Shown: positions 47,402-60,875 of the stretch, one piece after another
Numbering within the stretch: the stretch's first letter is position 1
Layout: every line of letters starts with the position of its first letter
Assembly: GCA_028534125.1 (NCBI GenBank)
Contig: CM052817.1
Span: 106,890,001 to 106,954,000 of the forward strand
From: Lama glama
Taxonomy: Eukaryota
Direction of reading: 5' to 3'
DNA: 64,000 nucleotides
Notes under the pieces: generated by a model
What the model was told of the DNA's origin: nothing
Databases searched by the model: none
Seen by the model: only the letters and a program-made list of their open reading frames with translations
Position numbers and translations under genes: made by a program

Positions 47402-50400
47402 CTGAACAAAGAGGGAAGTCAGGAAACCAACGATCAGCAAGTGAAGAAGCTACAACTCCTCACTGTACAGGAGGCACCGACAATAAATAAACCGTATTTC
47501 ATATGACTCACAGTTACTGTAAAAATGTCATTAATAAATTTGGTTGTAAATTGCAAAAGCAATGACTGCTTAAGTGTACCTACTCCACTGATGTTCCTGA
47601 AGTTCATACTGTGTTTCTCTAAAACCTATGTCTTCTTAACTAGACAAATCAGGACAAATATTAGTAGTTTCTGAGTACAGAAATACATTCAGGAAAAGAC
47701 AAGTTCTAGTTACTCATGGAAATAAATTTAAGAAAAAGCACACTTTAAAAAAGGCATTTCGTCCCTTAGATGATGACTTCTGCCTCAGAATGATAAGTTG
47801 TTTTATAATTTTATCTTTAAGAACTGAAGAAACTGAGTAAAATGAATAGAGGGAAAAAAAATCCCAATTTCATTTTCCAATGTTTCTGAGAAATAAATGA
47901 GATCATGGTGGAGTCAAATGTAAAGAAGGCCTGACACAGACATTATTTCTTGGTTGCACAGAGCATAAAGAAGCAGTGGTGCGTGGTGACATTTCTTGGC
48001 ATCAGAGAAGAGGCAGTGAAGTCCAATGACTCACTTTTAACTCTCTACTCAAAATTTCTACTTAAACATTTAAGGTCCCAGAGAAATACTGCTTACTACT
48101 GCTGGGTACAAACTTATTTCCATTTATAAAAGCCTGGGGACAACTCTGAAACGTGATTTAATAATACATAAAAATTGTTTCTAGATTTGAAGGGCCAAAT
48201 GTTTCCAAAACAAAACATCAGAATAAAACAATAAGTACACACAAAACACAAAATAACTAGGTCACAAGCGTGTGGTTATAGTTCCGACCACTTTCTACGA
48301 ACACCTTGAAATGAGGAGAAAGAAAATCACACCAAGGTTGGGAAGTAAACCAAGGTGTCACAAATAAAATGAAGACACTCAGAATCAACTAGACTGTCAG
48401 ACACTACAGCCTGATCATAATACCTGTCATTTTTAATGGATGTCCAAAAAAAAAAAGTCCAGCAGTATTCTTCCTCTTTGTTTTTTGGGGGAAATGGAAA
48501 TTATAGAGGCAAGTAAGCAAGGACAAGGCTAAAGATGATTTGAGTGTAAGCTCTTCAAAACACACAGGTAAGCCCACAACAAAATTCAGTTTCCACTGAA
48601 GTGCATAGAGCCATTCATATAAAGACAGAAAGGAGGGATGTTTTGTGAAACATTAAAAGCTTCCCAGTATTAGTGGAATTTTATTTTTCAACCATATAAA
48701 CCAGTCTTTACTGCCAAAAGTACTAGATGCTGTGTATGACCTGAGACAACGTCTGCGGACAGGGCCAAGGCAGAGCCCGCGGGGCTGACGCTGCACCGTG
48801 CCCGGTCCCCTGCAGGCGTGCCCACGGAGCCGCCTTCTTCAGCGGCTTCTCGCCCACCTCTTCACACCCAACAGGGGCTCGAGCGCTGCATCCTCACCTG
48901 TGTCTCTCCTCACCTGTGTCATCCATCTCCCCTGGATGGACAGGACGCTGTACTAAAGACTGAGACCTCTAAGCACACCCTCTCAGTGCTTGGCCTCTCT
49001 AACTCCCTCATGCCTACTGAAGTTTTCCTGACCTTTGTTAACTTTCTGCATAGACTGTTGACTTATCCCCTCTTTCCTCTGGGGTCGGCGGTCTGGCTCC
49101 ACGGAGAACCAGACCTGGGTCCTACAGTCCGCCCGCCCCACCACCTCCCCGGTCCACTCACCTCACCCCACCGTGCCTCCCCCTGCCAACCTGCTGGCAC
49201 CTAGGCTTCTGTAATGGTGAGTGACTGAGAGGAAAACAACCAGTATTTCTAGAGGATTTATCCACTTGACTAGTTAAGCAGCTTTGCCCCCCGGCCCCGC
49301 AAAAAATTGTAAACATGTGCTAATTTCTAGGAGAGAAAAGTTTAAGTGGTGACTAGTATTAAATCAAGTCTCTCATACCGATATAATAGAGCCTACAGTT
49401 TACTGGGTCTTCTTTTAAATATAATCATTCTTTTCACTTCAGTTCCACTGCCATCGCATGTATGGGTTATTTAAAATCATTTTCATAATAAAGTATTTAA
49501 ATGAGTCCTACATGTTCTTCAGGGCAAATTATTTAAGATGATTCCTCAGTGCTTTAAAATCAACACATGTCATTATTATCCTTTTTTCTTTTCCCTTTTC
49601 TGGCTTTTGAGTATCTTTCTAAATACACGTAGAATAAAATCATTCAGAGTGTTCTCCCTGCACCGTGGATGGATTACAGCCCAGCTCTTACATATCACGT
49701 TTCTATTAATACTTGCCAGGGTCACGCTGACTTCTGTTAGATGTTTTTAAAGGTTCATATTTAGCTCATCAAGTATGACTTTACGGTATTTTTTGTTACT
49801 GTGCTGCTAATAAATCTACACTAAAGAGATTTATTATTTTAGCCACTTAAAAATGAGTTTTTCATCAAGAGAGGTCACTTTAAAAAAAATCGATTCCTGT
49901 TTTCTGTAATGCCAGCAGGCCTAATCCACCGTCTCTTAGAAACTGGGTATAAACACACGCTCAGGTCTATAAATAAAACCACCATGCTCACTGCGAATCT
50001 GCAGGACTCTGTGTAGCTGTCTCTTCTAGCTCATATGAAACCACCAATCATTATAGTTTAATGGGGAAAACACAAGTTTGACAATCAACCCATCAAACTG
50101 CATATTCTAGGCCATTTCTCTAATCTTTGGATGAAAATTTTATCTGAAGGGGAAAAAGAAAAAAAAATTTAGTGGAATAAGATCCACTAAATTATCCAAG
50201 AAAACAACCTTCGTGTTCTCAAGTTATCTCTTTTACCACTGCAGCTTGAGGAATAGATAATAAATGAACTCGGGGTACCCATGTAATTCAATATTTAAAA
50301 AATTTTTGGCTGATGGTAATTGAGTTTTGTAAAACATTCACAGACACAGAAGGAGCTAAAATGAAGAAATGAGCGTGCAAAGAAGCAAAGCTAAAAGAGC

Positions 50401-51009
50401 GTGACACCTGCCGCTCGGTCTGGTCTGAGCTCCCGGCACACGTGAATAGCCAGGAAGGGACTGGAGAATACACGTGACATTCAGGCCACAGAGCCCACCG
50501 CGGGGAGGGATGGAGTTCTGGGCTCAGTTGCTGACATCGTGGCCAACGTTAAATGACTGAGGACAGGAGAGGGGAAGAAAGAGAATGGCGAGGGCGAGCA
50601 GTAGCAACTAAGGCAGGGATGGTGGCTGGCGGAGACGGGAGAGAGGACACCCAGGAACGGGCAGACGGGGGCAGAGACGCCGCCAAGTTACGGGGAGACA
50701 GGAGCAAACACATTCTTTTCAAAAGTCCAAGCGAGAAAAAGAACAGTACAAGGGAGGAAGTGCTAACTATCTCTGATGAAGACTGAGATGGGCAAGTAAG
50801 GGGCCAGAATGGGACTGAAACAAACTGGACTGTTCAACACCGCTGCTGAGAACTCAGCCATCAAAACACAGAACACCCTGTGGCCCCCGGTGCAAACCTG
50901 GTCACAAAGCCACTGCAGCACCGGGGTGCAAACCCTGGTCACGTGGCCGCTGCCGCAGACCCTCCTGACACAGCAATGCCGCGCACGGAGAACGGATACA
51001 GACACTTAC

Positions 51010-51256
51010 TTATATGGTTTCTGGGGCAGGATGCTAATCCGGGTCTTGTCAAGTATCTTTTTTAGCTTGTTCCTTCCCCCAACGGTGTTGGCTTTACTTT
51101 TTTTATTCACTTTCTCCAGTCCTATCACCTGCTCCACGTCCACGGCGAGGTCGGGGATGGAGTAGCGGCTGGCCTTTTTGATGTCTCCAATTTTAGGGAG
51201 GTGAGGGGCGCCGTTCCTCTTCTCTTCTGACAATCTTGTGAGAAGTTCTTTAAATA
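51010..51256 (-). CDS. RAPGEF2: RAPGEF2 exon: (V)[21 protein letters not shown]...ILPQKPY(N)
   Basis: Acceptor tttcag|TA, donor AA|gtaagt; 247 nt. Confidence 0.95.
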
Positions 51257-51666
51257 CTGAAAAGGAAGCAAACGCCGCAAAATGCCCGTGATAAGAAATC
51301 TGGACAACTCAGAGGCAACGGCAGAACTTGGAAATGGATGAGAAGTATAGATTTCAGCAATCAGAACTGTGATCCTGTAGAAAAACACCGCCCCCATGAA
51401 TGAAAGACACCAAAGCTCTGTCACTTCCGCCCAGAATGAGCTACAATAAAGGAGTACACTCTTTAAATCTGTAGGCATTTAAAACAGGTATCAATAAAAA
51501 CATCGATAAAGATAATGTTAGAGCCCTCAAGCAGAGTTTGATTTAGATCTGATTACACACTTGTGTAATTAATTCTATATCTATGCATTTTACTATATGT
51601 TTTCAGTTCTTATGATGTTTGAATTATAAAAATGGTTTTTTTCAGAATTAAAACCTAAATGTAAGT

Positions 51667-51843
51667 GGGGGAGGGAAACAGCTCAGTGGTAGTGTGTGTG
51701 CTTAGTATGCACGAGGTCCTGGGTTTAGTCCCCAGTTCCTCCTTTAAAAAATAATAATAAATAAATAAATCTAATTACCTCCCCACCACCAAAACCAAAC
51801 AAACAAGAAATTCAAAAAAAAAAAAGCTTAAAAAAAGCTCCAA
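51667..51843 (+). mobile_element. tRNA-Ala-derived SINE with 15-bp TSD
   Basis: Identical TSD aaaacctaaatgtaa at 51650-51664 and 51844-51858. Confidence 0.9.
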
Positions 51844-51923
51844 AAAACCTAAATGTAAAAAAAAAAAAAAAAAAACCAAAGTAGGAGAAAAATAAAAATA
51901 TGCAAAAAATGCAAAATACTTAC

Positions 51924-52032
51924 CAAATAAATTGGTTTTCACAGTGATAGATAAGTGTGTGTTATTTCTAAGAATTTCCATGGCTTTTGACAGCTGAATA
52001 TTTTCAAAGTTTTGACCATTTACTTCTAGTAT
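51924..52032 (-). CDS. RAPGEF2: RAPGEF2 exon (PDZ end): [36 protein letters not shown]
   Basis: Acceptor ttttag|ATA, donor G|gtaagt; 109 nt. Confidence 0.95.
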
Positions 52033-52130
52033 CTAAAAATAAAAGTATAAAATTAATTTCAGTTTCCCAACTGACAGGGAAAATAAGACATTGGCATTTG
52101 CCCGGACGTGTGGTTCTAGAAGTACCGTAC

Positions 52131-52334
52131 CTGGTCCCCTCGTTTCAAGCCCGCTTCGGTTGCCTTGCTGCCCGAATCCACACTGTCAACAAAGATTCCA
52201 AAGCCTTTCTCGGAGCCTCCCAGCAGGATGAACGGCAGCGGGGCTTCTCGGGATGGCTTGGTCAGCGTCATCAGCCTTCTTTTGGCTTTGGCGGCACATG
52301 CGATGTTTAACAGCCTTAGATGGCCGCCCATTTT
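52131..52334 (-). CDS. RAPGEF2: RAPGEF2 exon (PDZ): [13 protein letters not shown]...[14 protein letters not shown]...LKRGDQ
   Basis: Acceptor ttgtag|AAA, donor CAG|gtacgg; 204 nt; flanking introns of 89 and 98 nt. Confidence 0.95.
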
Positions 52335-52423
52335 CTACAAGAGTCGGGAAGGAGTGGTTTCAAAGGTAGGCTGAATAAAACAGACTTAGAGGGGATGGCT
52401 TTACAGAGTGAGAAAAGTATTAC

Positions 52424-52531
52424 CTCTCTTTCCAGATTATTTTCAAATTCTTCTAGAAATCGAGTCATCGCAGGATCCCCTTCAAAGTCATTGAAGTGAT
52501 TATTCACCCACAATAATACTACCCGTGTAAC
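52424..52531 (-). CDS. RAPGEF2: RAPGEF2 exon (REM): [19 protein letters not shown]...NNLERE
   Basis: Acceptor tttcag|GTT, donor GAG|gtaata; 108 nt. Confidence 0.95.
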
Positions 52532-52685
52532 CTGAAAAATCAATTATTTTTTTAATAGGTTTTCTTCTTTTCAGTGCTAAGAATCTGTGATTAAAGTCAT
52601 TTCAAAAGATATCCAACAAACCATTCACCTAATAACAATGAAAGAGAAAATTAACAACAAAACCCTCAGATTTTAAACATAAGTA

Positions 52686-52827
52686 GGGGGAGGGTATAGC
52701 TCAGCGGTAGAGCGTTTGCTTAGCATGCACAAGGTCCTGGGTCCAATCCCCAGTACCTCTGTTACAATAAATTAAAAACAAAACAAAACAAAACACCTAA
52801 TAATCTGCTCCCCAAATTAAAAAAAAG
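52686..52827 (+). mobile_element. tRNA-Ala-derived SINE (intronic)
   Basis: GGGGGAGGGTATAGCTCAGCGGTAGAGCGTTTGCTTAGCATGCAC head and A-rich tail. Confidence 0.9.
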
Positions 52828-53264
52828 AGAGAGTATGGCCTTCTGAAAATTATATTAATACTATGAATGCGGACTTCATGTTGCTTTGCCAAGAAGGGTT
52901 TTGAATCCGTGAAGGATGGTAATTAACTTATATCTCGCTTACTCTCAAAATATATTTGAAACAGGTCACAACAAAAACAAAGCTATGCTAAAATCAAAAT
53001 AAATTAATATAAGACAAAAGAAGACAGAAACTAAAAACTAAAGGAGGGCAGACCAGACAAAAGGAATGAACAGCATTAAGCCGAGAATCATCCTCAAGGG
53101 AACAAGCTATAAAAGGATGCAGCAGGTTAGGTGTTATTGGGAGTTTCTGGTTATTTGCTCACGTTGAGATTTGGGGGTTTTTCATACCTATAATTCTGCA
53201 TAAAACTGAGCAGCCTTTTCTTACCCTGCACACACACTTTCACTGAGCCCCACACCTTCATACA

Positions 53265-53290
53265 ACACACACACACACACACACACTCAC
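53265..53290. repeat. (CA)n microsatellite
   Basis: CA run seen directly. Confidence 0.9.
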
Positions 53291-54135
53291 AGCTGTGGAG
53301 TGCCTGCTTTGTGCCAGCAAGAACTGACGCTTGTTGGACTGTGAGTTCCACGAAGGCAACTTTGTCGGCTACGCTCTGTGGGCATCCTGAATACGTAACA
53401 ACACCTGGCAGAGAGTCAGTTCTCAGTAAAATTTTCCTAAATGAAGTGAGTATAACTGCAACTTTAAATATAAAAGTAACTGTTTCACTTCATGTGAGTT
53501 TAATTTTTTAAATTTTGAAAACCAAGGCAGAGGAAATTTTCCATAGCACTGTTTTCAAACATTAAGCTCTTCAACAAAGAAGAAAGTTAAGCCTGCTGTT
53601 CTAGCAGCAAAGAAACAGAGCTGAGGGTAGACAGTTAATTTTCAAGCTACAGTTGAAAGACTATTTACAGTTAATATGCTGTGACCAATGATGGTGTAGG
53701 ACCTGACTAACCACTCAGGAGTCAAGTCTTGATATTTATATTAATTTTTTTGTCACTTACTATCACTACTGCTCATTTTTAAAATTTAGGAAACCTGGAT
53801 GATCTGCTCCCCTCAAACTATATTCTTACCATCCGACCTTTTTGTAAAATTGAAAATTTTGCAGCTGAGAAGCCAACTTAAAAGTCTACAAGCCATATTA
53901 CAGGTTGGAAAAAAGAGATTCACAAATCATAAATTGAAGACAAGCAAGTACCACCACCGCCAACCTTTAAGATGCATTCAGTGCTCACGCTACATAAAGA
54001 ACACGGCTACTGCTGCTTATCCTCACGGTGACCTCGAAAGGATGTTGCTTGTTTATTTTACAAGTTAAGGGATGAGTGCGGGAGGGTCAGAGGTCACACG
54101 AGGTAAAGGGTGGAGGCAGTACTCAATTGAGCTTT

Positions 54136-54652
54136 TGTAACAGAAAGGAAGACATCTGACTCCACATTAGACCTGTTCCTTTGGCTCTAACCCTGGGCTC
54201 TGCTTCCTGGGCTCAGTCATGCTGGTCCTTCACCTTTTGTAAAAGAATGTTGCCTAGAGCCTGAAACAGACAGGAGAGCCCATCCTCAAGGCTCTGACCT
54301 TTAAGGGTGTAACACTTTTCCATTCATATAGAGATAAAAAGTTGCAGAACAGAGAATAGCATTTGTCTTGTTAGAGGTTTACAGGGACACCATGAGCTGA
54401 CCCACGTGGACAGCTGCGGGAACAGGTAATTCCTACACCAAGAAGTCTGCAACAACCAACCACACCCTTTCCCTTTTATTGTAAAAGGAGCCTGAATTCT
54501 GACCTGGGGAAGATGGTTCTCCAGGACAGGTGTCCCCCATCTTCTCGGTCTAGCGGCTTTCCAAGTAGAGTGGTTTGTCCTTGCCCCACAGCCCGTGTCC
54601 TGACCTACTGGCCTGTCATGGGGCCAGTGGAACAAGCTTGGACCCGGCAACA
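54136..54652 (+). mobile_element. ERV1-class solo LTR in a RAPGEF2 intron
   Basis: TG...CA termini (tgtaacag...ggcaaca), 517 bp, perfect 4-bp TSD cttt at 54132-54135 and 54653-54656. Confidence 0.8.
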
Positions 54653-55352
54653 CTTTACGGCTTCACAAAGGGCTCGGCTAAGCTCCCCTGTGCCACAACT
54701 CACAGGATGTGAAGTGAAGTGCTCTGCTACATACGTAATTTCTCGAAGACTGCAGGGCTAGCCTCCTGTTCTGGATTCCCACCCTGCCTCTCTCTCCCAA
54801 GTCTGCTGTGTGGAAGGATTACCTCTCAAACCCCTTACAAGCACAGACTCTGTCCTTGAAAAAGGGCTGGACCGAGCTGCGGAGGGTGGCCTGTGCAGAA
54901 CTGCACCGCCGGGGCCTGCTGGCCTGCGGTATCTGATGCTGGGGCGCTGCCCTGGTGCCAACTGAACACTAATTCCCACCTGGAGTGCACGGGCCATCTA
55001 CTGAACCCAAAGATGCAGAGGCCCACGTAACTTCGGTGTTGGGATGTTCAGCGGTTGTGTTGTAACAGAATTTGCAGCAGAAGTAAACGTTCAACATTTT
55101 TTGGCCAATGTCTTGGCCTTTGCATACGACAAACAAACAAACAAAAACAAACATTTCTAGGGATGAGCTTAGAAATCTGGAACAAGAATTAAAACTTACA
55201 TTACTTTTTTTTTTTTTGCTTAAAGTCAATTCTCTTATTCTATTAGAATAATCTGAACATGACTGGTGCGAAAAATACATATACACTAAGTCTCTTCAAC
55301 TTTATATCTGACTGTTTCCTATTTAAAAGAAAACAAGAAGGCGTCTTCCAAC

Positions 55353-55517
55353 CTTGTCCCTGAGGCTCGGGTCGTTAAACCACTCCAGTAACTTTTTGCC
55401 CACTTCCATTGGGCTGGAGAGGAAAGTCCTGTAGGTCAGGAGGAAGTCTTCTATGAACGTCGGGTCCACCACCGAATGCTCTTCCACCAAGTGCATCGTC
55501 AGTCTTTCTGAGGTGCC
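55353..55517 (-). CDS. RAPGEF2: RAPGEF2 exon (REM): [14 protein letters not shown]...NDPSLRDK
   Basis: Acceptor ttacag|GGC, donor AAG|gttgga; 165 nt; inside ORF 55323..55562. Confidence 0.95.
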
Positions 55518-55775
55518 CTGTAACAGATCAAAGCTTTGGTCACCATCCTGCGCGAACGGCATCTATTCCGTATGATTTCATATCTTCAATATGAGATGAA
55601 TGGCATCGTGATACATCTAATAATGAGTAACACTCAGGTAAGACAAAGATTTATTACAATTGATAACATTTAAGAGAAGTTACGCATAAAAATGGGGTGG
55701 GGAGCCATTTCAAACTGCCATAACCAATACTACCAAACCCTCCCTCCCCTGGTGGGGGGAGGTGTGGTGTCCTAC

Positions 55776-55928
55776 CTTGATGACGATGTGTCCCTTCCTC
55801 GTCCCAGTGCGATCAAGCTCCCGGTGTTCTTTGACCATGACAATTTCTCCTTCCTCTTCAACTTTCTGCATATTCTTTTCTACCTGGTTGAGAATGCGGC
55901 AGTAATCTTGCTGGGCTATGCAGACAAA
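55776..55928 (-). CDS. RAPGEF2: RAPGEF2 exon: [18 protein letters not shown]...RKGHIVIK
   Basis: Acceptor ttccag|TTT, donor AAG|gtagga; 153 nt. Confidence 0.95.
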
Positions 55929-58900
55929 CTGGAACAGAACAGAAGCCCCATGTTAATGATAAAGTGCTCGCAGGAGACCGAGCGGTACTGATAATTCAGT
56001 GTGTGAATTATTTAACGCTGACATTTTTCCATGTCTTTTCCATACTTTCTAAATGAGGGCAGTAATGAACCTTAATCAGACTTCTCTACTTTTTCATCTA
56101 TTTCTTCCTCGGTCAAGAAAAGTTTCATTTTTAGAATATTTATATGTAGTTTATATTAAAAATCCTAACAATTAAAAAAATCAGAGGATAAAATTAGGAG
56201 AGTACTTTCTCAGGCCCCTTCTTTACAATGGGGGAGGTGGGTGGGCTTCAGGACACAGATACAAACAAAATGATCATTTAGTGGGTTTTTTACATTTGAA
56301 AAGATTTTGAAAACAACAGTTTTAAAATAAAGATGGTTTTAATAAAAGACATTGAAATTCAAAGATACCTATGCAGTAGAAAATGGTAAATTTGCTAATT
56401 ATATTGATAAAAATTATTTTATCAAGTCTGTTCAAAAGGTCCACAAAACAAGCCACACATTGATAAAACTCAAATCCCTACTCCTTATAACTAGTGTCAA
56501 GATTAATTCTTCCTCTCAAAAGAAAGTTAACAAAAATATGCACATTAAGCAACTTCTCCTCCATAACCCCAAATGTAAAAAATTTCAGGGCTCAGGGCAA
56601 ACTATTTAATTATATTTCTTAGTAGTTTTAAAGAAGTTAAGAATGAATTTTAGAAATCACTTATTACACAAATTAACCAGAGGCCAGTGAGGAGACAAGA
56701 ATAGAAAGTAAATAAAAAGTATTGTCTTCTCTGAGTTTTGAATAATTTATTCTTATTCGAAGAAACCATTTAGGAATAAAGAAAGGCTGCACATTTCTTT
56801 TTCTCCTTTACAGTGAAAAGATGAAAGCAGGGAATGGTTAAGTCACAGTGTGGATAAGATAAACGATGCTACAGCCGTCTAAAATTGTATTTTCCTAGGA
56901 CAGTCAGAGTTCCGGTTCCATGTTCATGATATTCCTTAATTTTTTTAAAGATGCAAAACCAAATGCTGTGATAATGATGTAAATGACAGTGATGACATCA
57001 CACCGGTAGCCTTACAGCGCTTTCCCACTTCACCCTCCCCATCATCACGTGAGGAAGGCACCACCACTACCCCCACTGTAAGGTGGGGAAACAGCTGCAC
57101 TACGGGGTGCTGATCTGCCCAACGTCTCACAGCTACATGCTTGCTACTTAAAAAAAATTACACATGCGTATCAAAATCTCGGTATATAACAAAATGTTAA
57201 TAATTATTTCTGAGCAATGCAAACTACAAGCGGCTTTTGTTGTTTAAGATGCTTTTCTGTATTTTCTATACTTTCTGCAAAATCAATAAAGCTTTTTTTT
57301 TTTAACAGAAGTAGCAGCAGCGGTTCACACTCAAGAAATGGCATAGTAGGATATTAAATTTCTTCCACTAAGTTGGTTGATGTATAATCTCACTAATTTT
57401 TCTATTAAGGGTTTAGAATCAAAAATTAAAATTCAAAAAACATAGGCTTTTCTACTAAGTAATTATGGATAGCTAAATTTTTTAATGCCTTAAAAAAAAA
57501 ACCCAAGCTCATATCCGTAACACTGACCACAAGTGTATATATGTTTGAAATATGTGGTCCTTAGTTTCTTGTCCCCCGAAATTTTTTTCTTCTTTTTATA
57601 GGGAAACAAAACTGTTTCTCAGGCCTCCAAATAATTTTAGGTGTTCTTTCTTATACTTGGTTTCAGAGAATATAATTATATCATTTTCTCATTTATCTAA
57701 AAAAGAAATACACCCCTGAGTTAAAACAAGTAGGCAGATAGATAAAAACATGCTTTTTAAAGAGAAAGGTATGAAAATTAACCTTCTTGACTAAGGACTT
57801 AAAGAAATTAGAGTAAGTTTGACTTGAAATGGTTAATGTCTAGAAAGACATTTCTGGTATTTCTCCTGCAGCAAAATGAAATCTCATTTAAAAAGGAAAG
57901 AAAAAAAAAATCCCAGACTGAATTTCTGATAGGGCCATACAGAACCAGTATCTCAAAAAAAATACATTTTAGATGACAACATTTATCTATTTTTATTAGC
58001 AGATTTATTTTTGCTTGAAGAAGTTTATAGATATAACATGAAATTTATAGGTAAAATATAATTTTAACTGGCGTGATTAAGCTAGTTGAAAATTTGTGAG
58101 TTGTATATGTAATTGTTTTAGTGAGGCCTTATCCTTTCGGACAGCCGTGGAAGTACTGTACGGGCTTGGCCCTCTGATATGAAATGAAAATTCAACCAAG
58201 ATTTCACTTACAGAAGGTCAAAAGCAATTTACGTCACAGGGTGATTTTCTTCTGGGCATGTGACCTCACCATTTATAGTTAGTAAAAATATGAAAAACGA
58301 TAAAAGAATTAAGTAATACTAAACATCAAGCAACAGAGAGAACAGTCAACTTCCCAAATGTCCATGCAACTGCTTTTGCCTCCAAGACTTCTTTAAAATT
58401 CAAAGCATCGTTAGCTCCACGGTCTCAGGAAGAGCTGAGTGTAAGAGACGCACCATACGAGGTGGGATCTGCTTACTCTGCGGTCTGTAAGAAGTTCACA
58501 GCCAACTGCTTACACAGGGGTCCGGGGGTTCATCACCCCCTGCAGGGTGCGGGGCAGGGCTAAGCCAGACCTGGGGGTCACCGGGAGGCCTAGGACATTC
58601 TGTCCGCTTCATTCAGTAACTGTTGACTGACTGACTGCCGTGTGCTCAGTGGAAGGACAGACACTCATGGAGAGGGTTTCGTGGATGAATAAAAATACGA
58701 TGCCTCGTTTCCTTTACTTCCCCCAACAAGAGGAGGACCTGACAGGTGCACTTTCTGGCAAATAAATGACATTATAACAGAAATACACTAAAATCTGACC
58801 CCAAATAAGCATTTGCATTAAAATCTCTAAAGTCGCTCTCCATTCCTGTTCTGAGTGGAGGGGCAGATGGGTCGGTGGGAGAAGGAGTAGTTGCTGAAAG

Positions 58901-60716
58901 GCCTGATTTCGTGTGCCCTCCCAGCGTGCGGGGCGGACTGCAGGGGGGAAAGGCGTCCTCCAGCAGACGCTGCGCCCTGGACCCCATGTCCGCCTGGGTC
59001 TCACATCAAGAGCGGTGGGAGCCTAACACTATCTTGATGGGAGCCTTCCTTTTCAACTGAGAGTTTTCTCCGGGAGTCTACGTTGCTATCACCCTGGATT
59101 TCCCACTGATTCCTCATCCGGAAATAGATGAACTCTCTGCCTAACATCTGCCTCCTCCTCCTTTCCCAGAACTCACAGATAAATATTCAGTCTTACCTGG
59201 GACATCTGACACTACTTAAGTACTCTGCAATGTTACGTCGTGTAATATTTTTATCAAGTATTCTGAAACATTTCTATGCCTCCCGTGTCATTTCTGTTTC
59301 ACGATTATGAAATTTCTAACAAGGAGGGTTGGCCAATTAAGGGTGGTAGCTGAATTCTCTGAAATAAAATAACCATTACTCGCCCTTTAAGGACACACTG
59401 ACTCAAATGCCCTGTTGAGCCTGACTTGTAGGAGGGCTCAGGGAGGAGCTGAGAAGAGACAGTGGGGTGGGGAAATCTTCAACAATTTTCTAGTTCGTTT
59501 TGACTCAGCTTGGCTTCTTTTTTTTGTTTTTTTTTTTTTGGAGTATAATTCTCAAGCTGAAATATCACATATGACCCCTTTTAAATACACATTCTGAGGC
59601 CGAGTAAAGACCTGGAGATTTACCTATCATTTTCTTTCCCTCTATTATGCCAAGCAATTGGGAGCTGACTCTGTTTAGAATGCCTTTCTGGCATGACATA
59701 CTCACAACACTGAATTCATGGCCACTTTTCTCTCTGTGGAGCTCACTGAAGGAGTCACTGAGCAAAATTATTCTCTAGGTAAGATGATTTTATTTATAGC
59801 CATGGTCGTTTATCTTTTTAGTAAGTAAAATGCTCAGAATGAAAATTTAAATGAACACTGTTTTACATTTATCAGACATTATAAAGTCAATGATGGTCTT
59901 TTAGAATAAACTATATTCTGATGTATTTCAGACAGTAGACTAATAAATACAGTGAGCACTTAACATTAATTAGTCTAAGTGACATCTTTTGGCTTATTTA
60001 TATTAAAATATTTTATCTTTCAAGGGCAAATTTTTTCAGAAGACATAAATCATAAATACTGAATGGTAATAAAAGCACTCAAATTTATTTTACACTAATA
60101 TGGAGGTTACCAGTTGTAGCAATCTAATTAAATTTCACATTTGGCCTCACTATTATTTCTAGGCTTTTATTGAATGCTTTTAAATAATGAATATTAACAT
60201 AATATCAATACTGCCATTTTTCTTTTCATTAGCAGTATTTTTTTCACTAGCAAGTCTTTCTACTGATTCATGCTATGATTAATTTTCATGACTTCTAAAA
60301 TCAATTCCTTATCTTGTATGTATTTAAATAAAAACACTGCATAACTGTTTCACATCATCTTTACTCATCTACATATAATTTCTTTTCATAATGGGCATTT
60401 TACTTTTATATTTTTTGTTGAATAGATGATCAATTATTATTGATGCAAATTTTAAAATAACATATTTATAGAACATCTTTTTTAATAGAACACATTTATA
60501 AAACGCTTACTTTCTTGGAGTTTGAATAATTTTAAGGGAGATTTATTTTTAATTTTCTAAAGCATGGTAATGCTAAAAGCAATAGTCCTATTTTAAAATT
60601 ACCTTTATAAATCTAGAAGATGACCTGTTCATACAGGCAGAAAAACCTTACCACAACTGCATATATAAGTGTTCTTTATTCAGCACCAAATATACATTTT
60701 TAATGACAGCTTATAC

Positions 60717-60875
60717 CTGGCAGTCATCCACCTTGGTCCTCATCACTCCTTTCATGTATTCTTTGTCCATGGTGGGAGAGACACCAAAACTATTCCCCAT
60801 ACACAGTATTTCCGCTTTTCCGTCAGGATAAGTCACTTCCACAGAACCGTTCAGAATCACTGACCAGGAGTCCAG
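60717..60875 (-). CDS. RAPGEF2: RAPGEF2 exon (CNB): [20 protein letters not shown]...TKVDDCQ
   Basis: Acceptor gccag|CTG, donor CAG|gtataa; 159 nt, read by hand. Confidence 0.95.

Noticed and set aside
50888..50943. Short direct repeat ggtgcaaacc(c)tggtcac, two copies
   Set aside because: A local two-copy duplication; not an array and no sign of function.
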